Below, one piece after another: positions 1 through 12,429 of a stretch of 64,000 bases of DNA. The stretch spans positions 47,595,847 to 47,659,846 of the forward strand of contig CP154954.1 in NCBI GenBank assembly GCA_039621445.1, given 5' to 3'. The stretch is from Euglena gracilis (lineage: Eukaryota). Position 1 is the stretch's first letter. Each line of letters starts with the position of its first letter. The notes beneath the pieces are model-generated. The model was not told the DNA's origin. It saw only the letters and a list, made by a program, of their open reading frames with translations, and did no database searches. A program made the translations under genes and the position numbers.

Positions 1-210
1 GGCACCACACGCGGGCACGCAAGCACACAACACAGCACACAACACACAAACACAGAACACACCACAAACACACAAACGAATACACACACAGACAGGCAGG
101 CAGGCAAGGAGGCAGGCGAACTCCTGTACTCCTGACATGCATGTGCATTTCTGGGTTCAAATTGCCAGAAAACTCAAACATTTTCGGCAGAACCAGTGAT
201 GCGCACGTAC

Positions 211-1983
211 CTTGCGCAGAGGGTCATGCACCCGAAGGGTCTCCAGTGGCAACCCCTCCGCCCTGGCCGGGTCGTCATGGAAGCGGGCAATGTTGTAGCC
301 CATGATCCAGAAAGCCTGCGAGCCAACAAAGGACATCGCAATCCTGCCCTTGCCTGGGTTTGCACTGAAACATCATTCTGTTCACAGAAGGCTTCGCCTG
401 TGATATATTTCAGTGGACGGGCTGCCCAACCCAACCCCACGCAGGGGGGGGGAGAAATTGCACATGGGGAGGTCAAAAATTGCAGTGCAAAAAATTGCAC
501 AAAATTGCACAAAATTGCACAAAATTGCACACACCAGAAAAGCCATACCAGAAACCAGAAAAGCTGCGTGTTCTGCCAATTTACCCGGTCGGTTCGCCCA
601 AAAAGTTGCAACACAATCAGCCGTGGCAATATGCGTTGGCAATACTTGCGCCATTCATCCTGAATTTGTTCATCATCCAGCGAAAGACACAACAACTCAT
701 ACTTAGAAGTTATCAAGGCACAAAATACGAACCTGTTTGTAGAACGCCTATTTCTCCTTTGCCAATTGGCCAATTGGGTTTGAAAACTGAGTACCTCCCC
801 CCCCCTTGTCCAACGACCACTAAATATCGCTACTGACCGGGGGGGGGGGTCGCTATTTTGGCCAAATATCGCTACTGACCAGGGGGGTGGTCGTTAGACA
901 AGACCGGGGTCAAAATTTTTTCTCCCGCTTCGTCCTAAGGTGAACAACAGGTGAACAAAAGGTGACAAAATGGCCAAAAGTGGTCAAAAGGGGGCAAAAA
1001 GTGGATAAAAGCTGTCAGAAGTGGCTTAAAATGGCCACAAATATGCAAAAATAGCCAGAAGCAGCCAAAAATTGGTATAAATGAAGCAAAAATGCATTCA
1101 AAGCAGCCAAAAGTGGTTTAAAATGCGAAAAATGCAGCCCAGAGTGGCCAAAAGTGTCCAAAAGTGGCCAAAAGTGGTCGAAAATAGCCAAAAACATGGC
1201 CAAAAAAGGCCAAAAGTTGATGATTTGCAGTAAACCAGGCAAAAAAAAGAATGGAAATCAACTACAGATGGGATACTGGTGGAAATTTGTGAAAATTGCA
1301 AACACGAAAAAAAGATCACCTGCAAAAAGATCGCTACTGACCGGGGGGGTGGTCGTTGGACAAGGGGGGGGGGTAAACCAACAATAAACAGCCTTTGAAC
1401 GGAAATTTTCATTATGCACATCAGTTTCCCAGCAAAAAAAAAAACAGTAAATTCTCAATTGCGTTAAAAACAGACATTTTCCAAAACAAAATGTCCTGGG
1501 CCATGTGCAATTAATTGCACAAAATTGCAAAAAATTGCACATTTCAGGAAAATCGAAAATTGCACAAAATTGCAAAAATTGCACGGTGCAATTTTCCCCC
1601 CCCTCTGCCCCACGGCATATGCCACCCACCCCCCGTTCACCTTGCGGGTTGGGGTGGCCCCGGCTTCCAGCAGGTGCACCACCGCCTCCAGTTGGTCGGC
1701 CAGAACGACAACATGCAGAAGGTCCTGGGAATGGGGGAGGGGTCACACCACACCTCCCGAATCGCGCTTGGTGTTGATGCGGCGCAAATCCATTCAGAGA
1801 GTGATGGGAGGCCTTTGCGGCCGTGAGGATGAGAAGAGGGCGGTTATGGCAACCGAGACTTCTGTAAAGCCAAAATCCTACGGCTTGACAATCGCACATA
1901 CCCATCCAGCCACCCACCATGCCCCCCCCCCCCCACACATCAAAACACGAACGCACGCGCGCGCACACACACGCACACACACA

Positions 1984-2025
<42 letters not shown>

Positions 2026-5000
2026 GCACGCATGCACTTACGCACGCACGCGCGCACGCACGGACGCACACCTGAGGGCTGTACACGCCGTCACGGGTCA
2101 TCACTTGCAGCAACTGAACGTGGTGGGCGTGGTCGTCAGGGTGCCCTCCAAAGCCGTTGCGTTGGACGGGCCGTCGACCACGGACTGCCTTTCTTCTGCT
2201 GTGCGGACAGGAGGCTGTGGCTGGAAGCCACTTGGAGCTCAAAATTTGTCCCCGCCACCCTCCAAGCAGAGTACGGCTCAGAAGGGGATGAGTGAATGCC
2301 CCAATGTGTCACTGCGCAATTGGCAATCGCCTGATCCAGCGGCAGCAGCGGTGGACAACCATTGTTCCCTCGCCACCAGAGCCGGCATCTGACAACAATG
2401 CCCAATGAAAGACATCCTTGGCTTGCAATGAGTACATATTTTGCTGAGCAAATTGGCTCCATATCATGTCCATGGGAGGTGCAATTGTTTGAGCATTCAC
2501 CATATTCCAAATAAATGCTATTGCCAAGCACCAGCCACCCCTGCTGCCGCAGACAAAGCAGGTTGGAGAGTGAAAGAGGTCAGATACTCATCACTCTGCA
2601 GTGAAAAATTCATCACTCTGCAGGGCAATTTTATTAGAAACAACCCACAGTAAATGGAAATTTGAGTTGGGGGACTGGGGGGGTTGGATGAACAGAAACC
2701 ATCCAGGGGTTGGGTTCCAAATAATTGTCCACTCCTAAAAACCATGGATACTTCAAACGGGTTTTTTTTTAAAAGCCCTGGGTCAATAACCCCCAAATTC
2801 TAAATATACACAAACTCCCAAACTTAAAAGCCTTGAATCCTTCACTTCTGACAAACCCGAAAAGACAAGAAAAGTCCAGAAGTGCAGCTCAAGGTGACGT
2901 GCAACCCATCAATTGTCGGGCAGGGTGCCAAAATGGAAACTACACTGCAACTTCTACGGGACGGGCAACTCATGCTTGTTCCCCTGAAGGAAAGGTCCGG
3001 GAGGGCGATGGCAGCGTACAGCGTCTCCAGGGAGGGGTACGCCGCCAGCCTCACAAACGTGGCCACTGGGGTGACGGAGGGGTGGTGGCTGCGCTGCGAC
3101 CGCTCCAACAGCAGGGGGGTCAAATCATTGTCTGAGCAAGCACTGAGTTCTAACATACTTCAGATGGACCGTCCCATTCTTTAGCGCCTCTGCTGTATAT
3201 CAGAGAGTACCTAGAGAGGGAGGGGGCACTTCTTTCGAGCTGAATCCTGCCAGATTCCTGAATCTCTCTCCCGTGGTGTCGACTGATATAAAATGGGTTT
3301 CCACTCAGTCCGGCTGGGATTAAATTAGTTAATGAATTCGGGCAAGGGATCAAAAAATGAACAACACTGTTTTGTGCGGGATTTTTGGAAATCTGACATT
3401 GTTCCCTCAAGGTTCCCTCAGGTTTTTGGCTATGACTGTTGCAAAAGCACTTGAATGCACCAACTGTTTTCCAGCCCAACCCAGCCCAACAGACAGCTGG
3501 ACCGAACATCATCCATCATTTAAAGCAATGCCCAAATAACTTTGTAGGGAAAATATCCAAAAAAGAAACTTCAAAAAACTTGCCCCCCCCTTCACAAAGA
3601 ACAATGAGAAAAATGATATATCATTTTTGGGAAATCAACAGGAGGTGAGCGCAAAACATCATTCAACATGCCACAGTTTTTTCTGTCTGATAAATAGAAT
3701 CATTGTTAAATTCCATTGAAATGATTAGCTTGAACGGCATATGACACCGAATAGATTGTAATCGCTCCATAAATCGCCTTGGGTGCTTCCAAGAAAATCT
3801 GCCCACGAACTTTGCGGGGGGGGGGGGGAATTATTTGGGGGGGGGCATTGTGGAAGCTCCAGGGTCCCAAAAAAAAATCCGAGGAGGTGGAGGTTGGAGT
3901 ATGAACAAAGGGCAATTGTGAATGATGAGCCAGGGCTGTGGAGACCGCTCGGCAGGGCCCACCACAACCGTCAACGAAGAAGGCAGCAAGGCGGCCGGGT
4001 ACACACAAAGCTGTTGCACACTGATCGCCGCAAAAGTGTGCTGCAGGGCTGTCCAACCAGCCATTCCGCCGGTCCCTTTTCACACACACACATTGAGCCC
4101 TCAAACTGCAATCTTTCAAATGAAATGATGAGTAATACAATCAAACGGGCAAATAAAAAAAAGCTAGCTCAGACGTCAATGCGGTTGAGCTAATGCGGCC
4201 GGCGGATTGGGCAAACTTGAGAAGATTTGACAGGGGTCCCACTCCGGAACACTGAAGCCTTTGGTGTGCTCATGGCTGCGGCCATGGGCTTCCCTTCTGA
4301 CCCCAACTTCATGCAACTTTCAACAAATGAACGTCTTTAGTGGGCATGAGCCTTCACATTTTCCATCGGTTATGAATCAACGAACTTTCGGTGGCATTCA
4401 AAATGAAATGCCCATCAGTGGGAGGGGTGGGACACCAATCCTCTCCTGGTTGGGGGGTTGACAACCCGACAATACCAGGTTTTGAGTGGAGCCCAGGACC
4501 CCCCTTGTGGTAAAGAAATCCTGAGTGAGCCCAAATCTCGTCCTGATCGAGTGTCTGTGACTGACAGGATTGCAAAAGGTGGTGGCTCTGGTGGCAGACG
4601 GAATGGCTCCTTTCACAGCACACCTTTGCGGGCTCAGTCTGCAACATATTCGTGTGCTGTATGTTTGATGCCTGACCGTCTTGTTGCCTTCCACCACGCT
4701 TGTGAGAGGTGATTCCGGTTCCTCATAATCCAAACTCGGGTGTCCATTCTTTTGAGCCAATCAGAATCAATCAATCAACCAACCAGAATTTTTTTTCGCC
4801 AGTCACACTGTTTAATTTGAGATAGACCGTGCCCTGAAATATGAACTGTGGCCTCCAATATGCTTGCTTGCTTCACACAGACAAACATGCACACAAAACG
4901 TACAATCAGCACAAGCACACATACACAGATATTGGGGCCAACGGAGTCTTCTTTGGTGGGTTATCAAACAAATACTCGATAGAGATAAAAAATTCGCACA

Positions 5001-7847
5001 AAAATGGCCATCACATTCAAAGCACATACAGATGGTCTCAGCCTCACAAGCCACCAGCAGCGCTCGTTGGCATTCTTCATAGGGCCACACGTAATTCTCT
5101 GGCAGAAAATAGAAAATGAACACGATGAGGGAAAAATGACCGACCTCAGCACCCACCCAAGAACCTCTCAATTCCAGAATTAAAAAAAAAGAGGGGCTCA
5201 TTCAATGGGTTACGCTTAAATTCGGGGATCTTATAAAGGGCGGCATTGCAAATACCCCTTGGCTCAAAACAGGGACACAAGAACAAAGGAATATTTTTTA
5301 CATTTTATACCTCTTGTGTCCATATATATAAATGTATATACATACTTTTAATATCCTTTTAGTCACAAATTTTCGTTATCTGCTCGAACCCCTAACAGCT
5401 CAACTTTGGGATGGCAAATGAAACATTTGCCATTCTGGCCACACCTAATGTCAACTGACAAATGATTTTTTTTACAAGATGCAAAACAACACAAAATAAA
5501 TTGAACTTTTTCAGTCGCTGCAACTTAGAACTTAGGTTCATCAGATGGCTTTGGCTCATTCAAATATGCAGCTTTCCAGCCGGAAAATTCAGTGGGCATA
5601 TCTAGAGACCTGCACCTCACTTTGACAGGGCAGAAGCCACCCACACCCATGAGGTACTTCACCATGATGGGCTGTTGCTCCCTCGCGGCGTGCACCAGCA
5701 GACTGCAGAGATCGCCGTCCGGCCCAGGCTGGACCATCTCTGTGGTGACCTGCCGGCCAGCAGAGGGGGGGGGGAGGCGGAGAGGGGTCACTGCATGTGT
5801 CTCCATCCGGGCTTGTCCGGTGAAGGACACGTTGTGCGGGGAGGGGGCAACCTCCCAAACCTGGGCTTCCGTTCTGATGATCAAGCTTTCAAAAATCCAT
5901 GGGGAGGGTCTTGGGCCAGAGATCTCGGTGTGCGTTTTGGCAATTTTCTTTTTCAGAAATGCCTTTAGACGGCCCAATTTGGGGGGGATCCCTCCCACGG
6001 GGTCCCACACCAGGCTGGGTGGGAGCTCCAGGTGTATACCTTCAAATTAAAGCAACACTCCCTGTAAGACACAGCGCCTTGGGAGTGTTTTCAAGCTCAT
6101 TTCCAGAAGAACCTTCAGAAGACATCCCTAATGCAGAACATCTTTTTGGTTTGGCATTTAATTGAAGGCAGACTCCTGGGAGACCTAAACGAATCGCCAT
6201 CAGGCACCTCTGGAATTTGGGCTGAAATTAACACCAGGATGAAACCTCAGTAACTGAAAGGAGTTGAAATGTGGAACAAATGAAGGGGTGGGCACCCACG
6301 AATGAACCCCAACTCTTTGATTGGCTGCCCTCTCGAAAAAAAAATATAAAGAGATGTGAGAGAAGAGAAGATGAAAAGATGAAGGGAGTGGCACCAGTCG
6401 TTCTGATTTGTCGGCCAGAAGGTTCATCACGGGCTCAATGTGGCCTGAGGGACGACAATAATTGAGGGCAGGCTTCTTCCCAAAAAAAAAATCTGTAGGG
6501 TCGATCTCTGGAATTTGGGGCTGCAGAAAAAATATGCACACCTAAATGGAAAGAATGTGTGTATTTAACTGAATGTCAAAGGTTCTTTAATACCTGGGTG
6601 GAGGTGGCTTGGCAAGCACCGCCAGCCCCCAAGGGGTGTATGGGGAAGGGAGCCAGGGGGGCCTTCTTGGGAATTAGTTCGGGCTCGAAAATTTTTGGAC
6701 CCCAATGGCACAGCTGTGCGCTGAGCTTCTATTTAAGACCTTTGGGGTCTCCCCCCCACCAGCCTGGGACCTGCCAGAACTCACTCCCTCCCTCCCGGGG
6801 GGCTTTGAGTTACTAAACAGAAGCCTGCTCTGTGCCAGGCTATTTTTTTTTTAACCAACCCCGGGGTGAGTGCCCTTGAGTGCCTGACCAGGTAGGCACT
6901 ACCCCCTCCCCCTTGTGGGGGGGTCGGATTTCAGCCTGTGCCCAGGAACTGTCCTCAGAAAATAGGCCATTTTTGAGCCTTCTGGCGCCGAAGGCGCCGG
7001 AATGCCTGCCAAGCACTTTTGGCCGTGTGCCCTGCCCCCCCCCCCCCCGGGTCGGATACTTGTGCCTTGGAGTGCTTGCCCAGGCAGCCCCTCCCCCCCC
7101 CCCCCCGGGGGGGGTCGGCACCCGGCTAAACTACAGCCTGTTCTATGCCTCCTCTTGCTCATTTCTGTTTACCGGAGTTGGAATCACACACACCCCGAAA
7201 GATCTGGACTGCAACCATGTTGTAAGTAATTGATAGCACAATTGCACCCTAACACAAGCAATTTATATCTGGGGTGAGGCTATCCAATAATTACCCATAT
7301 TGAAGCGATACAAATAAATGGCACCTGGGGGGGGGGCTTATCCAGAGGGGGCACCTGAGGGGGCTGATGGGTGCTTAACACCTAAAAAGCGAGGGGTGCT
7401 TAACATCAAAAAAGGGCCCAGATGGCACATATACATACATTTGTCTTACTATCGGCTTGGGGGCTTATCTTTTCCCAGGACAGCAGGTGTTCAATTCATC
7501 CATTTTTGAGATGTATTTTTTTTGCAAAAAACAAGAGGGACATCTTTTTGGGCTTAACTTACTCTGGCCAGGGCCAGAGTGACCGGCCCTCTGCGGAGAG
7601 GAGTGGATGACTGGAATTCAAAAAGTCACTAACCCATTTTTTTTTGAATGTGGGAAAGCAGCCCCCCCCCCCCCCCGGGATGGGGGTGTGGGGACGTTGT
7701 TTAGGATGGCCCGGCCCTCCTCCACTTTGGTGCCGCGCGAGAGAGGGCTGGAAGAGGACCCTTGCTGACGGCCTCGAAGCACGGCCGCCACGCCCGGTGG
7801 TTGAGGTCGGAGGCGGTCCGGGCCAGGAGCGCCTCGATGTGCGACAT
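211..7847 (-). CDS. Multi-exon ankyrin-repeat-like protein (3' end runs off window start)
   Basis: Phase-compatible exons: 7847-7760, 6444-6395, 5749-5621, (5098-5030 and 4638-4476 uncertain), 4020-3969, 3131-2986, 2200-2072, 1724-1641, 315-211, and probably one starting at 131. Joined peptide includes CFEAVSKGHIEPVMNLL, LLVHAAREQQPIMVKYLMGVGG and DLLHVVVLADQLEAVVHLLEAGA, which resemble ankyrin helices. Most introns are GT-AG. Confidence 0.6.
442..1607. mobile_element. MITE with nested element, 7-bp TSD
   Basis: Ends CAGGGGGGGGGAGAAATTGCAC / GTGCAATTTTCCCCCCCCTCTG; CCCCACG on both flanks; internal (AAAATTGCAC)n; nested TIR element at ~797-1374. Confidence 0.65.
1950..2070. repeat. (CA)n/(GCAC)n microsatellite
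   Basis: Direct reading. Confidence 0.9.
6836..7140. mobile_element. hAT-like MITE family A
   Basis: CAGGCT...CAGCCTG ends, GTGCC-rich body, TSD ctctgtgc/ttctatgc (6/8). Homologous to 36625, 48541 and 57485. Confidence 0.75.
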
Positions 7848-10800
7848 GGGCGGCCCGCCACAGTAGCGAGGCCGGCCAACAGGATGGGCCTCGGCCCAAA
7901 GAATGGGACGGCGACTGAGACGGGAAGCGACAACAGTCACATCCCACGGAAAAAAATGTAGCAATGCCGAACAGAAGGACACAAGTCCCAGGTTGGCGAC
8001 CCAGCACGTTTGGTCATCCAGAGCCCCAGACCCAGCCACGCCCACTCACGCCCAGTCATTTCATAGGTGTTTGGTGGCGACATGCGACAGCCTCACAGCC
8101 TCACAGAGGATAGAAATTTTCACAACGACGTGATATCAGCTTTTTTGTTTTGAACATTGTTTTATCATGCTTTTTGCCGGTTTTGCAGACCTGATGTGCG
8201 ACAAAATACTATTCATGAGGAAAATCAACTTCAGACCCGAATCTCCAAACAGGTGACGATGGCGAACCAGGCCATGAAAGATAACTCGTGATAAACAACG
8301 CCCACTTTTGCAGCAATGGAGCCAACTTTTGATAATGTCATTTGTGCAAGTCTGGCGCATCACCATCACCGTCATCAACACACACACACGCGCGCGCATG
8401 CACGCACGCACGCATGCACGCCCGCATACACACACATACACACGCAAAGCGATTGCAATGCTGTGTATGTGCCATTGGAGGAGGTGCGGGGGAAAATTGA
8501 AAACAGCAATGCGGTGTGCAGCAGGAAAGGATATTCACAATCCAGGGGGAGGGGGGCTGAGCTGCGTGATCAGCCGGAGGTCACAGGTCCAAGCAGGTCC
8601 GATCTTGCCAGGCAAAGCCCACCCAGGCAAGGTCACAGGACCGAATACAAACGCACGAGGGAGGAACCCTGCGACGAGGCAGGGAACCGCGGACAGAACA
8701 TCTGAGGCCGCAGGCAAGCCAGAGGGGTTGCCTGGAGAGTGGTTGTTCCAAAAGGCAAACCAATTTCGCTGTGAACTCGGGCCAGGACCAGGGATTTCTT
8801 TTAAGACTGGAGGGAGTCGGACCATAAATCTTCACGCGGCATATTTCCTCTTCTTCATATTTCAATCTTCTGGGAACCAGAACTTGTGCGGCACCCCATT
8901 TTCTGTAGCTGGAGAGAAATAACCCAAAAAAATGACTTTTTTTGATACCCCCCTCCTCCTTAAGTTATGAACCTACAAAAATCCTACCGGGACAAAATCA
9001 GAAATACTTTGAACCTTTGCAAAGAACCCCCATTTTGAAATAGGCTGGCAAAATAAACAGTTGAACTACTGTGATTCTCATCTGGGGCGGACTTTTGAAA
9101 GGCTCATAGCTTTGGCAGGAGGAGAATCAAGAAAAACATTTCTAATGACCTTTCTAACGACAATTTCGCAAGGTGCAGAATATGCCTGGTAGTCTCCGAC
9201 TACGTACTCCCAACACAGGCATTGGGAGGGGGGTACTAAATTGGTTGCACCCACTGGCTTAAGGGAGAATGGTGCAAACAATTGATCCACTCGCCCTTGT
9301 GCGAGGAATTTTACAACTGGAAACGCGTACAACACACTCTGTTTCATCCACAGAGAATTGTTTCAACTTTCTTTTCGGATGCTATTTATACGTTCATGCT
9401 ATTCAATCATGTACGCATATGTGTATATGTGTGCGTGGGTGCCGTCCAATTTATCCACCATGCCCAATTCCCCTCCCCAAGTGACATTTTCTGTGCCACC
9501 AGCGCTTGCTCTAGTATTTGGATTTCTCAACTCCAGTAGCTCTCAAAAGCAAACAACGTTGCCTGTACACCTGGAAATGGGCTGCTTAACATTGTGAGTA
9601 GGAACAGAAACACAAGAGAAGGTGCAATGTGGATGTGAAAATAAGGAAAGCGATGAAATTTGGGGGGGGGGGCCCACCACCTGCTGGCGTCCCTGTGCCT
9701 TGGCCGGGAGACCATCAGATGCAAACAGTGCTTCACAAGGTTGTTGAGAGGCGGCCCAACGCTGTTATCGTCCCGCTATCCGCCCCTTCCCTGCACTGTT
9801 GTGCCGGCAATCCAGCCAAGAGCCAAATAGGTGCACAATGCCCTAAACTGAGTCCCAAACCGGGTGGTCCAGAACCAGAACCAAACGACCTTCATCATGC
9901 ACAGAACGCACTACGGGGATTGCTTGGGGGGCGAGTCAGGCAACTCTTTGCAAGAGTTGTAAGATCAGAACGCACCCACCCTTCGGCGCGGATGCACCGA
10001 AGTAAAATTTGACCTGAAAATGTGCCCCTAGAGAACTGGAAAGGATGCCTCGGGGCACCACCCAGGACGAAAGGTCTCCAGTCCTGGTGCAGAATGCAGC
10101 GCCTTCAGTTGAGGCCTCGGCACAGGGGGTGTGGGGGAACAGCGCATTGAAAAGTGTGTGCAGAAGCACAGTTCGCGTCCAGCCAACTCCATTTGCTTCA
10201 TCGCCAGTTCCAACTCACTCCAACACATTGCCATATCCAATTTTGAGGAATACCAGAGGGAACCAACAGAAGTCATCTGAGAGCAGCGGCAAGAACGCCA
10301 ATGAGGAAATTGCTCAAACGGTTGAAGAATCAACCACCTTTTTTATTGATGCCAAAACAATGAAGTTTTTGGTGATTGTGCACATCTGAGGGCCCATGGG
10401 AGCAGGTTCCCGGAGATGCCACCCACGAAGCCTTGAAGGATAAAAGATCAGCAATGTTGCGCTTTTGAGTCCCCCCCCCGGGGGGGTCAGTTATGGATCG
10501 AGTGGGCAGTGGGTAGTGCTTTAGGCCAAAACGCAGCCTAAAGCAGGCCGAACTCCCTGAAAAATCCCGAAACCTAACCATAACCCCCAATAAAGCAACC
10601 CCCAAATTCAAGCACCCTTTGGGGCCGAACCGACCGACACCCAAGTTTAAACAGCCCCTGGAGGACCACGGCAAATCAAAATGTCGAAAAATTCAGGGAA
10701 AATGAAAATGAAATCAACCAACCATCAGCAACAAAAACCACCCAAGTTTACAAATATTGCTCATCCTTTGGGTTCAAAGATGAGCATATCATCAAAAAAA

Positions 10801-11292
10801 TATGCCACCTTCTTCGTTCATTTGGGTTCTTCACTGTTTCCCGGTGACGTCTCATTGCTGTCTCGAACAATGCCTTTGTACATTGACAACGGTATCTGAG
10901 GAAAATGGGAAATGAATATCATTAAATCGGATTTTTTGGCAACGTTTCAGGGAGTAGCAGACCGCACCGGGTCTTCAGCCAACCAGGCTTAGTGACCTGG
11001 ACACCCCCCATTCTTCCCTACAAAAATGGTGCCGGCGCAGGAAACTTTTTAGCACAGGTGGGGCACATGCTGGGGTTGGGTGAGAGTAAAAATTAGGATT
11101 AGGATGAGGATTCGGGCCAGAATTGGGATTTGGATTAGGGTTGAACCCCCCAATTTGAGCAACCCGTTGAACCCAACCCAACCCAACCCAATTTGAGCAA
11201 CCTTGAATTTGGGGTTTGGCCCACCTGTCCGTGCCAAGCCGGTGCCGCCTCTCCGAGGCAGGTGGAGCTGTGTCGGGAGTCCCAGGGGGAGC

Positions 11293-12302
11293 TCACAGGG
11301 GGCGGGGGGCGGCGCCAAACGGGGCCGAGGGGGTGGGCAGTGGCGGGGGGCTGGCGGGGGTGTCCGGGGCAGGGGCCGCGGTCAGCGCCGCCCGCGGCCG
11401 AGGCCGGGGAGGCCAGTGGTACGGCGACTGCGTCACGAATTGCATCCACGAGGCGAAGTCGAAGGCGGCCCGGGGCAGGGCTTCGCTCATCATTCTCCCC
11501 GGGAACTCTGGCCACCCTTTGTGGGGGTAATGTGGTGCGTTGGGCTGTTTGGAAGCAGGAAATTTGGCGGCAATGAGTTGATGGAGTCACTTCCCATTCT
11601 CCAGGCTTGAGGTCGCTGGCACGCTTCTGTAGCCATCCCTGCACCCACTGCAATGAAAGTTATTCACGACTTAAACAAGGTGGAGGTGCTGGCCAGCCTG
11701 CCTGGCCAGCCTGGGTAAAAATGCATGAAATCGACTCCAAATCTACCCCAAAAATGTGCTTAACTCACATTCTTAAATTTGATTTAATTATGAGTTTTGC
11801 GCATTCTTGTGTGAATGCCTCAGAAACTTTTGTCCATTTCTGCATGTCCAGAGAGAGAGATTGAAAACCCCCTGCAAAAAAAACTGGGAAGGCAGAAAAA
11901 AAAGTTCAAAAATATTTAAAAGAGCGCTGAACTGCACTTTTCAGAAAATGTGCAAAAGATCTTCATGATGCAAGAAACCTTTTTGATGGCATCTTCAAGG
12001 AAAACAACTTGGAGCAGCATCTAAACTGAAACACCCTCTCCAAATAAGTTTTAGAAATTTGCCTCAAAAAGGGTGGTGCAACCATCTTTTTTGCCCCCCC
12101 CCCCTGCCGCCAGGCTTTTCGGGGTTTTCGGCATTGATGTCACTAAACTAATTCTGCACTGCAATTTGGCTGTTTCACGAAAAGTCTCCAGTGAAGGCCA
12201 CTTTGGGGCTTTCAGGAAAGAAGAAAGGAAAAGCAAAGCTCTAGCCAGGTTACACTCAACGTATACCTGAAGAATGGAAACCAACAGACTGGAAGGACGT
12301 CC

Positions 12303-12337
<35 letters not shown>

Positions 12338-12348
12338 CGTGCGCGCGC

Positions 12349-12429
<81 letters not shown>

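Noticed and set aside
9629-10899. Possible extra exons or ORFs between the coiled-coil and ankyrin-like genes (e.g. 10895-10809, 10337-10028)
   Set aside because: Splice-compatible but with no recognisable peptide, and open frames exist on both strands; unresolved.
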